63,408 nt of DNA from Patescibacteria group bacterium UBA3530. GTDB taxonomy: Bacteria > Patescibacteriota > Minisyncoccia > Phycocordibacterales > UBA2100. This document shows positions 15,903 through 25,818 of the stretch, piece by piece. A program made the translations under genes and the position numbers. The notes under the pieces are model-generated. The model had not been told where the DNA came from and searched no databases. It saw nothing but the letters and a program-made list of their open reading frames with translations. Where the stretch lies: the NCBI GenBank assembly GCA_002376945.1, contig DFOX01000002.1:31468-94875 (forward strand). The letters run 5' to 3'. How positions within the stretch are numbered: position 1 is the stretch's first letter; every line of letters begins with the position of its first letter.

Positions 15903-18900
15903 ATGAGTAACACTACGTTGCCTAAGAAGTACTTCGGAAAGTTCACCACGAACTTAGTCGAAACACCTAATTTGGTGCGCGAGCAAATCGACTCGTACAA
16001 GCGCCTATTGGAAGAAGGTGTAAAAACGGTATTTGAAGAATTTTCACCCATTTCGGACTACTCAGGAAAGAAGTTCGACCTTGATATTTCAAAGTTCACC
16101 TTCGGCAAGCCCGAGTATGATGAACACTACGCTAAATACAAACGCTTGAGTTACAAGATTCCAATGCGAATCGAAGCAAAACTTACCAACAAAACAACGG
16201 GAGAGACAAAACGTCAGGAAATTTTTCTCGCTGATTTTCCCTACATGACGGATCACGGAACGTTTATCATCAATGGTGTTGAGCGTGTCGTGGTGCCACA
16301 GCTCGCCCGTTCATACGGCGTGTTTTTCTTGAAGAATGAGATGAAGGGATCTGAATACTTCGGCGCAAAGATTATTCCAGCACGTGGTGCATGGGTTGAG
16401 ATCGAAAGTGAGCCAGATGGTGTCATTTATGTAAAAATTGATCGAAAGCGAAAGTTTCCCGTCACCTCACTGCTCAAGGTGTTTGGAATTGAAGATGAAA
16501 CGGCGATACTCAAAACATTCAAAGATGTCGAAGGAGCAGAAGAGGTACTCAAAGCTTCATTGGAAGCTGATCTTGCGCAGACAACAGAAGACGCGTATTT
16601 GGAGATTTATAAACGTCTTCGAGATGGTGATCTTGCAACACCCGAAACTGCCAAAGAATTTGTCAACTCAATCTTTAGTGCAGAACGATACGATCTTTCA
16701 AAAGTAGGACGGTATCAATTCAATCATCGATTTGGTCTTAAGACCACCGACAAATCTCTTGAGGAACAGACACTTACCGCAGACGATATTGTTCGTATTA
16801 TCGGACAAATCATCACACTCAATAATACCAAAGGAGCTCAGGAAGACGATATTGATCACCTGGGATTTCGACGTGTTCGCTATGTGGGGGAAATGATGCA
16901 GCATCAAGTTCGCATTGGCATGAGTCGCTTGAAGAGAAACATACAAGACCGTATGTCCACCGTAGATGCTGAAACCGTACTTCCAGTGCAATTCATTAAT
17001 CCACGTCCATTTTCAGCGGCAGTGATGGAGTTCTTCTCAACAAACCAGTTGTCACAGTTTATGGAGCAACACAATATTCTCGGGGAACTTGAACACTTAC
17101 GAACATTATCTGCTCTTGGTCCGGGAGGACTTACCCGTGAGCGCGCGGGATTTGATGTGCGAGATGTACACACCAGTCACTACGGACGTCTCTGCCCAAT
17201 TCAAACGCCTGAAGGCCAAAACATCGGACTCATTCTTCGTCTTGCCGTACATGCACGTTTGAACGATTTTGGAATTATTGAGACACCGTATGCGCGAGTG
17301 AAGAACGGGAAAGTTACCGATGAAATCGTGTATCTCAATGCGTTGGATGAGGAGCAGTACTACATCGCCCACGCAGCGACGGATCGAGATGCGTCAGGGA
17401 AAATTAAGGAAGATCTAATTGAAGCACGAAAGGGAGGCGAACCACAATTTATTGATCCCAAAGAAGTTGATTACATCGAAGTGGCAACGGGACAGGCATT
17501 TTCAGTAGCAACGACCATGATTCCGTTCCTTGAGCACGATGATGCAAACCGATCACTTATGGGTTCAAACATGCAAAAACAGGCCGTTCCATGCATTGTG
17601 CCGGAAGTGCCTTTTGTTGCTACAGGAATTGAGGAAAACGCAGCGCGTGACTCCGGGCGATTGGTACTTGCCGATGAGGCCGGAACCGTGACCTACGCTG
17701 ATGCACGAAAAGTTGTAGTAAAAAACAATAAAGGAAAAGAGAGAGAATATAATCTCGTATTGTTCTCGCGAACAAATAATATGTCCATGGCCCATCAGCG
17801 CGTAGCGGTAAAAGTTGGCGATAAGATAAAGACCGGTGATGTTTTGGCTGACAATTCATCAAGTGTGGATGGCCAAATTGCTATCGGACAAAACGCACGG
17901 ATCGCATTCATGTCATGGGCTGGTTCAAATTATGAAGACGCCATTGTGATCTCCGAGCGTCTCGTCAAGAACAGTAAGTTCACTTCAATTCATGTTGAAG
18001 AGTTTGTTGCGTACGTACGTGACACAAAACTTGGAGCCGAAGTAACTACATACGATATTCCCAATGTCTCAGAGGCAAAATTGAAGAATCTCGATGAAGA
18101 GGGAGTGGTACGCATTGGAGCCGAGGTGCGAGCGGGGGACATCCTCGTTGGCAAAGTAACTCCCAAGGGGGAGACGCAACTTACCCCCGAAGAGCGATTG
18201 CTTCGATCAATCTTTGGCGAAAAGGCCAAAGATGTGAAAGACACTTCTCTGCGAATGGAGGCGGGAAAGCGTGGTCGCGTGGTCGGCGTACGAGTGTTCT
18301 CACGTGATAATGGAGACCATTTAGAATCCGGCATTATCAAAAGAATCCATATTGAAGTTGCGCAGCTTCGAAACATCTCGGTGGGAGATAAACTTGCGGG
18401 ACGTCACGGTAACAAGGGTGTTATCTCACGAGTACTTCCCGAGGAAGACATGCCATACACCAAGGAAGGAAAGCCAATTGATATTATCCTGACGCCGCTG
18501 GGAGTGCCATCCCGTATGAATCTGGGACAAATTTTAGAGATGCACTTGGGACTTGCGGCAGACGAGCTTGGATATCAGGCAATCGTACCGCCTTTTTCAG
18601 GAACAACGGAAGAAGAAATCACTCAAGAATTAAAGGAGGCGGGCATCCCTGAGTCCGGTAAGATGATTTTGCACGACGGACGAACCGGAGAAGCGTTCGA
18701 TCAGCCAATTGCAGTGGGAAACATGTACATCCTGAAATTGCACCACATGGTGGAGGATAAGATTCACATGCGCAGTGTCGGTCCATACTCAATTACCACA
18801 CAGCAACCACTGGGAGGAAAGGCCCAAAACGGTGGACAGAGAGTTGGAGAAATGGAGGTGTGGGCACTGTTGGGTTACGGAGCTTCCTATGCACTGCGAG

Positions 18901-19076
18901 AAATTCTCACCATAAAATCCGACGATATTCTTGGAAGATCAGCTGCTTTTGACGCAATTGTGAAGGGAGAACGAATTCGACAACCAAACGTTCCGGCAAC
19001 ATTCAACGTTCTGGTGCGCCACTTACGCGGATTGGCACTGGACATCAATTTAGAAAGAAATAACGACGACAACTAA
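15903..19076 (+). CDS. rpoB: DNA-directed RNA polymerase subunit beta
   Basis: Full-length RpoB signatures (FMEQHNILGELEHLRTLSALGPGGL, GDKLAGRHGNKGVIS, MNLGQILEMHLG); 1057 aa. Confidence 0.98.
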   Translation: MSNTTLPKKYFGKFTTNLVETPNLVREQIDSYKRLLEEGVKTVFEEFSPISDYSGKKFDLDISKFTFGKPEYDEHYAKYKRLSYKIPMRIEAKLTNKTTGETKRQEIFLADFPYMTDHGTFIINGVERVVVPQLARSYGVFFLKNEMKGSEYFGAKIIPARGAWVEIESEPDGVIYVKIDRKRKFPVTSLLKVFGIEDETAILKTFKDVEGAEEVLKASLEADLAQTTEDAYLEIYKRLRDGDLATPETAKEFVNSIFSAERYDLSKVGRYQFNHRFGLKTTDKSLEEQTLTADDIVRIIGQIITLNNTKGAQEDDIDHLGFRRVRYVGEMMQHQVRIGMSRLKRNIQDRMSTVDAETVLPVQFINPRPFSAAVMEFFSTNQLSQFMEQHNILGELEHLRTLSALGPGGLTRERAGFDVRDVHTSHYGRLCPIQTPEGQNIGLILRLAVHARLNDFGIIETPYARVKNGKVTDEIVYLNALDEEQYYIAHAATDRDASGKIKEDLIEARKGGEPQFIDPKEVDYIEVATGQAFSVATTMIPFLEHDDANRSLMGSNMQKQAVPCIVPEVPFVATGIEENAARDSGRLVLADEAGTVTYADARKVVVKNNKGKEREYNLVLFSRTNNMSMAHQRVAVKVGDKIKTGDVLADNSSSVDGQIAIGQNARIAFMSWAGSNYEDAIVISERLVKNSKFTSIHVEEFVAYVRDTKLGAEVTTYDIPNVSEAKLKNLDEEGVVRIGAEVRAGDILVGKVTPKGETQLTPEERLLRSIFGEKAKDVKDTSLRMEAGKRGRVVGVRVFSRDNGDHLESGIIKRIHIEVAQLRNISVGDKLAGRHGNKGVISRVLPEEDMPYTKEGKPIDIILTPLGVPSRMNLGQILEMHLGLAADELGYQAIVPPFSGTTEEEITQELKEAGIPESGKMILHDGRTGEAFDQPIAVGNMYILKLHHMVEDKIHMRSVGPYSITTQQPLGGKAQNGGQRVGEMEVWALLGYGASYALREILTIKSDDILGRSAAFDAIVKGERIRQPNVPATFNVLVRHLRGLALDINLERNNDDN

Positions 19077-22000
19077 TGCGTATGAAGACACACAAAGAAA
19101 TGCTCATCAATGATTTCGACAAGGTTACGCTGAAATTGGCGTCACCTGAGCGTGTACTCGAATGGTCACGCGGTGAGGTGACCAAACCGGAAACGATTAA
19201 CTATCGAACACAACGTCCTGAAAAGAATGGATTGTTTGATGAAAAGATATTTGGTCCAGAGAAGGACTTCGAATGCTACTGTGGAAAGTATCGCGGCATT
19301 CGATTCAAGGGAATCGTATGTGAGAAATGCGGCGTGGAAATAACCCGAAGTGTGGTACGACGTGAACGCATGGGACACATTGAACTGGCAACCCCGGTGG
19401 CACACATATGGTTTCATCGAGGAATACCTTCTCGCATCGCACTGATGCTCGGTATTTCAGCAGCAGATGTTGAAAAAGTGGTGTACTTTGCCGGGTACAT
19501 CATTACAAAGGTCAATGAAGAAGAGAAAGGGCGTCTTCTAAGAGATCTTGAAAATGAATTCAAGGCCAAGAGCCGCGATGTGAAGGATGATAAGACCAAG
19601 AAGAAGTTGAAGGAGCTTGCAACGATTGCTAAGAAGGAAATTGAAAGCATCAAGGAAGGTATTGTGCTTGATGAAAGTGACTACCACAAGTTTGCACTCA
19701 AGTATTCTGCGTGTTTTGAAGCAAAAATTGGAGCGGAAGCGATTTATGATATTTTTGTAAACCTTGACCTTGAAGATTTTAAGGTGCGACTGCTTGAACA
19801 GCATGAAAAAGCAGGAGCTGCTGATAGAGCAAAGTTGCAGAAACGAATTTCCTTGGTGACACAAATGATTGGAGCTAAAGTTCGACCTGAATGGATGTTT
19901 ATGACTCGCCTTCCGATCATCCCGCCGGCACTTCGACCAATGGTGGCGCTTGAAGGTGGCCGTCACGCATCATCTGATATTAACGATCTCTATCGTCGGG
20001 TGATTAACCGAAACAACCGACTCAAAAAGTTGAAGGATATTTATGCACCTGACGTTATTCTTCGAAATGAAAAACGCATCTTGCAAGAGGCAGTCGATGC
20101 TCTGTTGGATAATTCGGTGCGTCGTGGAAATACCGCATACTCAGTTGGTGGTCAACGAACGCGTCCACTCAAGTCACTCGCCGATTATCTCAAAAGCAAG
20201 CAAGGGTATTTCCGACAGAATCTACTTGGTAAGCGAGTAGACTACTCAGGACGTTCGGTAATTGTTATCGGATCCGACTTGGCGCTCGACCAGTGTGGTC
20301 TTCCCAAGATGATGGCTCTTGAACTCTTTCGACCCTTTATCATCGCCGGATTGCTTGAGAGAGAAATTGCCTATAACATTCGCGGTGCGGGACGATTAAT
20401 CGAAGAAGGAATTCCGGAAGTATGGGCAATTCTTGAGGAAGTGATTAAGGAGAAATACGTTCTTCTCAATCGGGCTCCGACGCTTCACCGACAAAGTATG
20501 CAGGCGTTTCGACCGGTGTTGATTGAGGGATCGGCCATTCAACTGCACCCACTTGTGTGTGAAGCATTCAACGCAGACTTTGACGGCGACCAAATGGCGG
20601 TACACGTACCACTTTCAGATGAGGCACAATATGAGGCACGAACGATTATGTCGTCACATAAAAACATTCTCAAGCCCGGATCAGGTGATGTAACCACAAA
20701 CGCACGACAAGACATGATTCTCGGAATCTACTGGATGACCAAAGACGTTGAAGGTGCGAAGGGCGAAGGTAAGATATTTGAGTCAACAAACCGTGCAATC
20801 AGTGCATACGACTTTGGGGAAGTTGATTTCCGTGCAAAGATTAAGGTTCTTCCGGGTGATACAGAAAAATATGCCGCATTCAACGGAGAGTTGTTTGAAA
20901 CGACCATAGGACGACTTTTGTTCAATTCAGTACTTCCCAAAGATTTTCCCTACATCAACGAAACGTTTGATCGAAGGCGTATGAACAGGTTGGTTGACGA
21001 CCTTATCGCACAATATGGATTGGAAGGAATGCCCGCGATTCTTGATAAGATCAAGGTGTTTGGATTCAAGTACGCAACACATGCCGGAATCACTTGGGGT
21101 CTTTCTGACCTTGCAACTCCCGAAAGCAAGGAGCGAATTATTTCCGAAAGTACTCAGGCAGTGCTCGAACTCCGACAACAATTCAACGAAGGGCTGCTCA
21201 GCGAAGGAGAACGACGACGTATGGCCATTGAAATATGGCAGAAAGCTAAGACTTCGATCGAGGACACCGTTATGGACTCTGTAGATCCACATGGATCAGT
21301 TGCAGATATGATCACCTCAGGAGCTCGGGGGTCTGTTGGACAACTAACACAAATGATTGGTATGAAAGGTCTCATTCAGAATCCGAAAGGAGATATCATC
21401 GAAACCCCCGTTATTGCCTCATATATGGAGGGAATGACACCAATTGAGTACTTCATTACCACGCACGGATCACGTAAAGGTCTTGCGGATACCGCATTGA
21501 AGACCGCACAGGCAGGATATCTTACCAGACGTCTCTTTGATGTTGCACAAGATATCGTGGTTACCGAAAAGAATTGCGGAACCAAAGAAGGAGTTGCGGT
21601 AAGTCGCGTGAATGCACTTGGTATGGAAATTCCGATGGGACGGTCAACGAAAGGACGTGTATTGGCAGCGCCGGTTGTGATTGATGGGAAAGAACGATTT
21701 GGAAAAAATTACTTGGTGACCGCTCTCGATGCAGATGAAATTGAAAACTCAAACGTCGAAACTGTCATCGTACGATCTCCGATGACATGCAAAACGCAAC
21801 ATGGAGTGTGCCAACACTGCTACGGATATGATCTCACTACAAATGCTTTGGTAGATATCGGAGAAGCGGTTGGAACTGTTGCGGCACAGTCTCTTGGAGA
21901 ACCTTCAACACAACTTACCATGAACACAAAGCATGCAGGGGGAACCGCTTCAGTTGGTGGAGATATTACGCAAGGTTTGCCACGTGTGGAAGAGGTATTT

Positions 22001-22747
22001 GACAAACGATCACCCAAGAATCCGGCTATTATTGCGCGAATTGACGGAGTGGTATCAGAACTTATCAAAGAGGGAGAAGATACCATCATCACACTAATTC
22101 CGGAAGGGACCAGCAAGAATACCAAAAAGCGAGAATTGGAGTATAAAGTGCCGGCGGTTCGCCAAATTATGGTAAAGAAGGGTGAAGCGGTGAAAAAAGG
22201 CCAATTTATAACCGATGGTTCAGCAGAACTCGCAGACTTGTTTATCTATGCAGGAAAAGAACTTGCACAAGAATACATCATCTCTGAGATCAACAAGATC
22301 TACGAATTGCAGGGTATCGCTGTTTCAAGAAAACACCTCGAGGTGGTGATTAAGCAGATGTTCTCACGTCGTAAGATTAAAGCACCGGGAGATACGAAAT
22401 TCTCAACCGGGCAGGTTGTTGAAGATGTGGAACTTGATCGCGAAAATGAGCGTATTAAGGCATCTGGAGGAGATACAGCTACCGCAGAACAGTTGGTAAC
22501 CGGAATCACGGAGACTGCATTGACCCGAGACAGTTTCCTATCAGCATCATCATTCCAAAATACGACGCGTAAATTGTCAGAGGCGGCTGTGCGCGGCGCG
22601 GAAGACAAACTTGAAGGACTGAAGGAGAACGTTATCGTCGGACGACTCATTCCGGCAGGAACCGGATTTGAGGGAAGCGAGAAGCATGCACGAATTGAAG
22701 CACTACAGGAAGAACTCTCCGCTCGCGAAATCACCGAGGAAGAATAG
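19076..22747 (+). CDS. rpoC: DNA-directed RNA polymerase subunit beta'
   Basis: Zinc motif [22 protein letters not shown] and catalytic [12 protein letters not shown]. The start overlaps the rpoB stop by 1 nt (TAATG). Confidence 0.98.
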   Translation: MRMKTHKEMLINDFDKVTLKLASPERVLEWSRGEVTKPETINYRTQRPEKNGLFDEKIFGPEKDFECYCGKYRGIRFKGIVCEKCGVEITRSVVRRERMGHIELATPVAHIWFHRGIPSRIALMLGISAADVEKVVYFAGYIITKVNEEEKGRLLRDLENEFKAKSRDVKDDKTKKKLKELATIAKKEIESIKEGIVLDESDYHKFALKYSACFEAKIGAEAIYDIFVNLDLEDFKVRLLEQHEKAGAADRAKLQKRISLVTQMIGAKVRPEWMFMTRLPIIPPALRPMVALEGGRHASSDINDLYRRVINRNNRLKKLKDIYAPDVILRNEKRILQEAVDALLDNSVRRGNTAYSVGGQRTRPLKSLADYLKSKQGYFRQNLLGKRVDYSGRSVIVIGSDLALDQCGLPKMMALELFRPFIIAGLLEREIAYNIRGAGRLIEEGIPEVWAILEEVIKEKYVLLNRAPTLHRQSMQAFRPVLIEGSAIQLHPLVCEAFNADFDGDQMAVHVPLSDEAQYEARTIMSSHKNILKPGSGDVTTNARQDMILGIYWMTKDVEGAKGEGKIFESTNRAISAYDFGEVDFRAKIKVLPGDTEKYAAFNGELFETTIGRLLFNSVLPKDFPYINETFDRRRMNRLVDDLIAQYGLEGMPAILDKIKVFGFKYATHAGITWGLSDLATPESKERIISESTQAVLELRQQFNEGLLSEGERRRMAIEIWQKAKTSIEDTVMDSVDPHGSVADMITSGARGSVGQLTQMIGMKGLIQNPKGDIIETPVIASYMEGMTPIEYFITTHGSRKGLADTALKTAQAGYLTRRLFDVAQDIVVTEKNCGTKEGVAVSRVNALGMEIPMGRSTKGRVLAAPVVIDGKERFGKNYLVTALDADEIENSNVETVIVRSPMTCKTQHGVCQHCYGYDLTTNALVDIGEAVGTVAAQSLGEPSTQLTMNTKHAGGTASVGGDITQGLPRVEEVFDKRSPKNPAIIARIDGVVSELIKEGEDTIITLIPEGTSKNTKKRELEYKVPAVRQIMVKKGEAVKKGQFITDGSAELADLFIYAGKELAQEYIISEINKIYELQGIAVSRKHLEVVIKQMFSRRKIKAPGDTKFSTGQVVEDVELDRENERIKASGGDTATAEQLVTGITETALTRDSFLSASSFQNTTRKLSEAAVRGAEDKLEGLKENVIVGRLIPAGTGFEGSEKHARIEALQEELSAREITEEE

Positions 22748-22777
22748 AATGAGGAGCTCGCATGGTACAATCGCCAC

Positions 22778-24475
22778 ATGAGCAACGTTGATGAAATAAA
22801 GGCGAGACTTTCCATCGAGGAAGTTGTTGGCCAGTACGTTTCAATGAAATCTGCGGGGAGTAATCTCAAAGGGAAATGTCCCTTTCATGCCGAGAAAACA
22901 CCATCATTTGTTGTTTCTCCTCTGCGACAAACGTACCATTGTTTCGGCTGTGGCGTCGGTGGAGACATATTCACCTTCATACAAGAAATAGAGGGACTTG
23001 ACTTTAAAGGGGCGCTCAAACTCTTGGCGGACAGAGCGGGAGTTACACTCACTTACGAGAGTGGGGCCAAGAAAGATGATACCGACACACTGTTCTCAAT
23101 TCTCGAATCAGTCACCTCATACTACGAACAAAATCTTAAGAAGCACAAGGAAGCAACGGCGTATCTAACTGAGAGAGGACTTACAAAGGCGACCATACAG
23201 GCATTTCGAATTGGTTTTGCACCTGAGGGATGGAATGGTGCACTTGCTCATTTACAAAAAGCCGGTTTCTCTGAGAAAGATATCGAACGTGCCGGTCTCA
23301 TAAAAAAGGGAAACCGAGGGATGTATGATCGTTTTCGATCTCGCATTATGTTTCCCATTACCGACAGTGTCGGCAGAGTCGTTGCCTTTTCCGGGAGAAT
23401 ATTCGCTCAAAAAGATGATCGCACGGGAAAGTATATCAATTCTCCGGAAACAGTGCTGTATCACAAATCGAACATACTGTATGGATACGATAGAGCACGA
23501 CAAGCAATTCGGAAGACCAATTTTGCAATTCTCGTTGAAGGACAAATGGATCTCATTATGACGCATCAGGCAGGGTACACTAATACCGTCGCACTCTCCG
23601 GCACCGCACTCACTCAGGAGCACATAACGCTTCTTGGTAGAATGTCTCAGAATGTAGTGATTGCGCTGGACGCAGATCCGGCAGGTATCGCCAGTGCCGG
23701 AAAGTCTGCACGAGCGGCATTGCGAGCAGGGTTTGATGTAAAAATTGCAGCACTTCCTGCTGGAGAAGACCCCGCTGATATGCTCGCGCGCGGCGATATT
23801 GCTCTGTGGAGGAAAACGATTAAAGAGTCACAGCACGTTGTTGATTTTCTCCTCGAATACTATCGATTGCAGAGCAAGGACGATCGCACGTTTAAGCGTA
23901 CCGTGGAGAGAGAAGTACTCCCTTATATCTCTGAAATAGAGAGCGAGATTGACAAGAGCCATTTCATACAACGTGTTGCCGCACAATTGAGTGTTACCGA
24001 GGAAGCGATACGACGTGAACTTGCCAAGATACACACTGTTGCGCAGCCGGAAATACCACGGGAGGAACCGGGCAAGACACACACACCACTTGCGGGTGCT
24101 GAGGAGGAGTTGGTGCTCATGTACCTTTGGCAAACATCTTTGGAAAAACCGTTTGTAGATTTGGTGCTTTTAAAGAAACAAATTGAAGGTGTGATAACTC
24201 CCGTCGGATTCAGTGCTCTTGAAGCGCGGCTGCAAAACAACAGTGAAGCAGCGTTTCGATTGGAGCTCTTGTATACGGATGAAATATCAATGAAGCTGGC
24301 GATTGACGAGCTGCTCCAACGGTTGGACAAGAAAAGTATTGAACGAGAAATAGAGCAAACGGGAGCGGCGCTCAGAAAGGCCGAAAGTGAAGGAAATCGA
24401 GAGGAAATAGCAAAATGCGAGAAGCGATACCAAGAATTACTTGATAAGCGGTTGCACCTTGAGCGACATCTCTAA
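22778..24475 (+). CDS. dnaG: DNA primase
   Basis: Zinc finger CPFHAEKTPSFVVSPLRQTYHCFGCGVGGD and a TOPRIM domain (LVEGQMDLI...ALDADPAG). An extended -10 TGgTACAAT at 22763-22771 lies 6 nt from the ATG. Confidence 0.95.
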   Translation: MSNVDEIKARLSIEEVVGQYVSMKSAGSNLKGKCPFHAEKTPSFVVSPLRQTYHCFGCGVGGDIFTFIQEIEGLDFKGALKLLADRAGVTLTYESGAKKDDTDTLFSILESVTSYYEQNLKKHKEATAYLTERGLTKATIQAFRIGFAPEGWNGALAHLQKAGFSEKDIERAGLIKKGNRGMYDRFRSRIMFPITDSVGRVVAFSGRIFAQKDDRTGKYINSPETVLYHKSNILYGYDRARQAIRKTNFAILVEGQMDLIMTHQAGYTNTVALSGTALTQEHITLLGRMSQNVVIALDADPAGIASAGKSARAALRAGFDVKIAALPAGEDPADMLARGDIALWRKTIKESQHVVDFLLEYYRLQSKDDRTFKRTVEREVLPYISEIESEIDKSHFIQRVAAQLSVTEEAIRRELAKIHTVAQPEIPREEPGKTHTPLAGAEEELVLMYLWQTSLEKPFVDLVLLKKQIEGVITPVGFSALEARLQNNSEAAFRLELLYTDEISMKLAIDELLQRLDKKSIEREIEQTGAALRKAESEGNREEIAKCEKRYQELLDKRLHLERHL

Positions 24476-24528
24476 ATGGATAAAACCCTTGTAAATTAGT
24501 AGAAAAACTATACAGTAGTAACATAAAT

Positions 24529-25749
24529 ATGGCTCAAAAGAAAGTGACAACCAAAAGTGCTCGTGCGGCGACGAGCACGCGGAAAAAGACAGTGGCTAAA
24601 AAGGCGGCTGTAGAAAAGACTACCAAAAAAGCGGTGAAAAAAATGACACCAAAGCGAACGCCACCAAAAGCGACTGCATCAAAAAAAGAGAAACAAGCAG
24701 AAAAACTACTCAAGAATGGTCATGAGCGAGGATACGTTACCTACGATGAGATTCTTAAAGAATTTCCATCCATCGAATCAGACATTATCTTTCTCGAAGA
24801 GTTGTATGAGCGATTTTCAAGCGCAGGTATTGATGTGCTTGAGAGCGGGGGAATTTTGGAGGACAACACCGGAGAAATTTTGGAAAAGAAAAAATTTGGA
24901 TCAGGAAGCGACTCTTCACGCGACTCAGTGCAGATGTATCTGAGAGAAATTGGTCAATATCCACTGCTTGTTGCAGAACAGGAGAAAGAACTTGCGATGC
25001 GCATTAAGGAAGGAGATGCTGAGGCCCGCGGCATTTTAGCGCGTTCAAACTTGCGACTTGTGGTCTCAATTGCCAAGAAATATGTCGGACGCTCAAGTGA
25101 CTTAACACTTCTTGATTTAATTCAAGAAGGAAATATCGGATTGTTCAAAGCTGTTGATAAGTTTGACTACACCAAAGGATTTAAATTCTCAACGTATGCA
25201 ACATGGTGGATTCGCCAAGCAATTACTCGAGCACTGGCTGATCAGTCACGAACCATTCGTATCCCCGTGCACATGGTTGAAACAATCGCAAAATATAAAC
25301 AACGAGTGCGTGAACTATCACAACACTTGGGACGCGACCCCATGCCAGAGGAGGTTGCGGTCGAGATGGGACTTGATGTTGATAAAATTCATCACATTCA
25401 AAAGATTAGTCAGACTACCGTGAGTTTGGAATCTCCCGTCGGTGATGAGGGAGAAGAGAAGTCTACACTGGGACATTTTATCGCTGATGACAAGATGGAG
25501 TCACCTGATCAGGCTGCAAGTAGACGTATTCTTTCAGAGCATATTCACGCAGTGCTTGATGAGCTCTCAGATAAGGAGAGGAAGATTCTCGAAATGCGCA
25601 ACGGACTCAATGATGAGGGTATTTGCCACACCCTTGAAGAAGTGGGGAAAATGTTTGGGGTGACCCGTGAGCGTATTCGACAGATTGAAGCAAAGGCACT
25701 TGAAAAAATTCGCTTCCATGAGCGAGCGGCACAATTAAGAAATTATTAA
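24529..25749 (+). CDS. rpoD: RNA polymerase sigma-70 factor with Lys/Ala-rich basic N-terminal tail
   Basis: Region 2 ([19 protein letters not shown]...[13 protein letters not shown]), region 3, and region 4.2 ([24 protein letters not shown]). The N-terminal ~60 aa are K/A/T-rich. Confidence 0.95.
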   Translation: MAQKKVTTKSARAATSTRKKTVAKKAAVEKTTKKAVKKMTPKRTPPKATASKKEKQAEKLLKNGHERGYVTYDEILKEFPSIESDIIFLEELYERFSSAGIDVLESGGILEDNTGEILEKKKFGSGSDSSRDSVQMYLREIGQYPLLVAEQEKELAMRIKEGDAEARGILARSNLRLVVSIAKKYVGRSSDLTLLDLIQEGNIGLFKAVDKFDYTKGFKFSTYATWWIRQAITRALADQSRTIRIPVHMVETIAKYKQRVRELSQHLGRDPMPEEVAVEMGLDVDKIHHIQKISQTTVSLESPVGDEGEEKSTLGHFIADDKMESPDQAASRRILSEHIHAVLDELSDKERKILEMRNGLNDEGICHTLEEVGKMFGVTRERIRQIEAKALEKIRFHERAAQLRNY

Positions 25750-25757
25750 TACACAAA

Positions 25758-25783
25758 CCCGACGCGTACGCGTCGGGTTTTTT
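25758..25783 (+). terminator. rho-independent terminator
   Basis: cccgacgcg-ta-cgcgtcggg followed by tttttt. Confidence 0.85.
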
Positions 25784-25818
25784 GGATATATTGCCACGTG
25801 TCGGTGTATACTGACATC

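Noticed and set aside
22300-22869. 189-aa minus-strand ORF spanning the rpoC-dnaG junction
   Set aside because: It is antisense to two strongly supported genes and has a Ser-rich, non-homologous translation.
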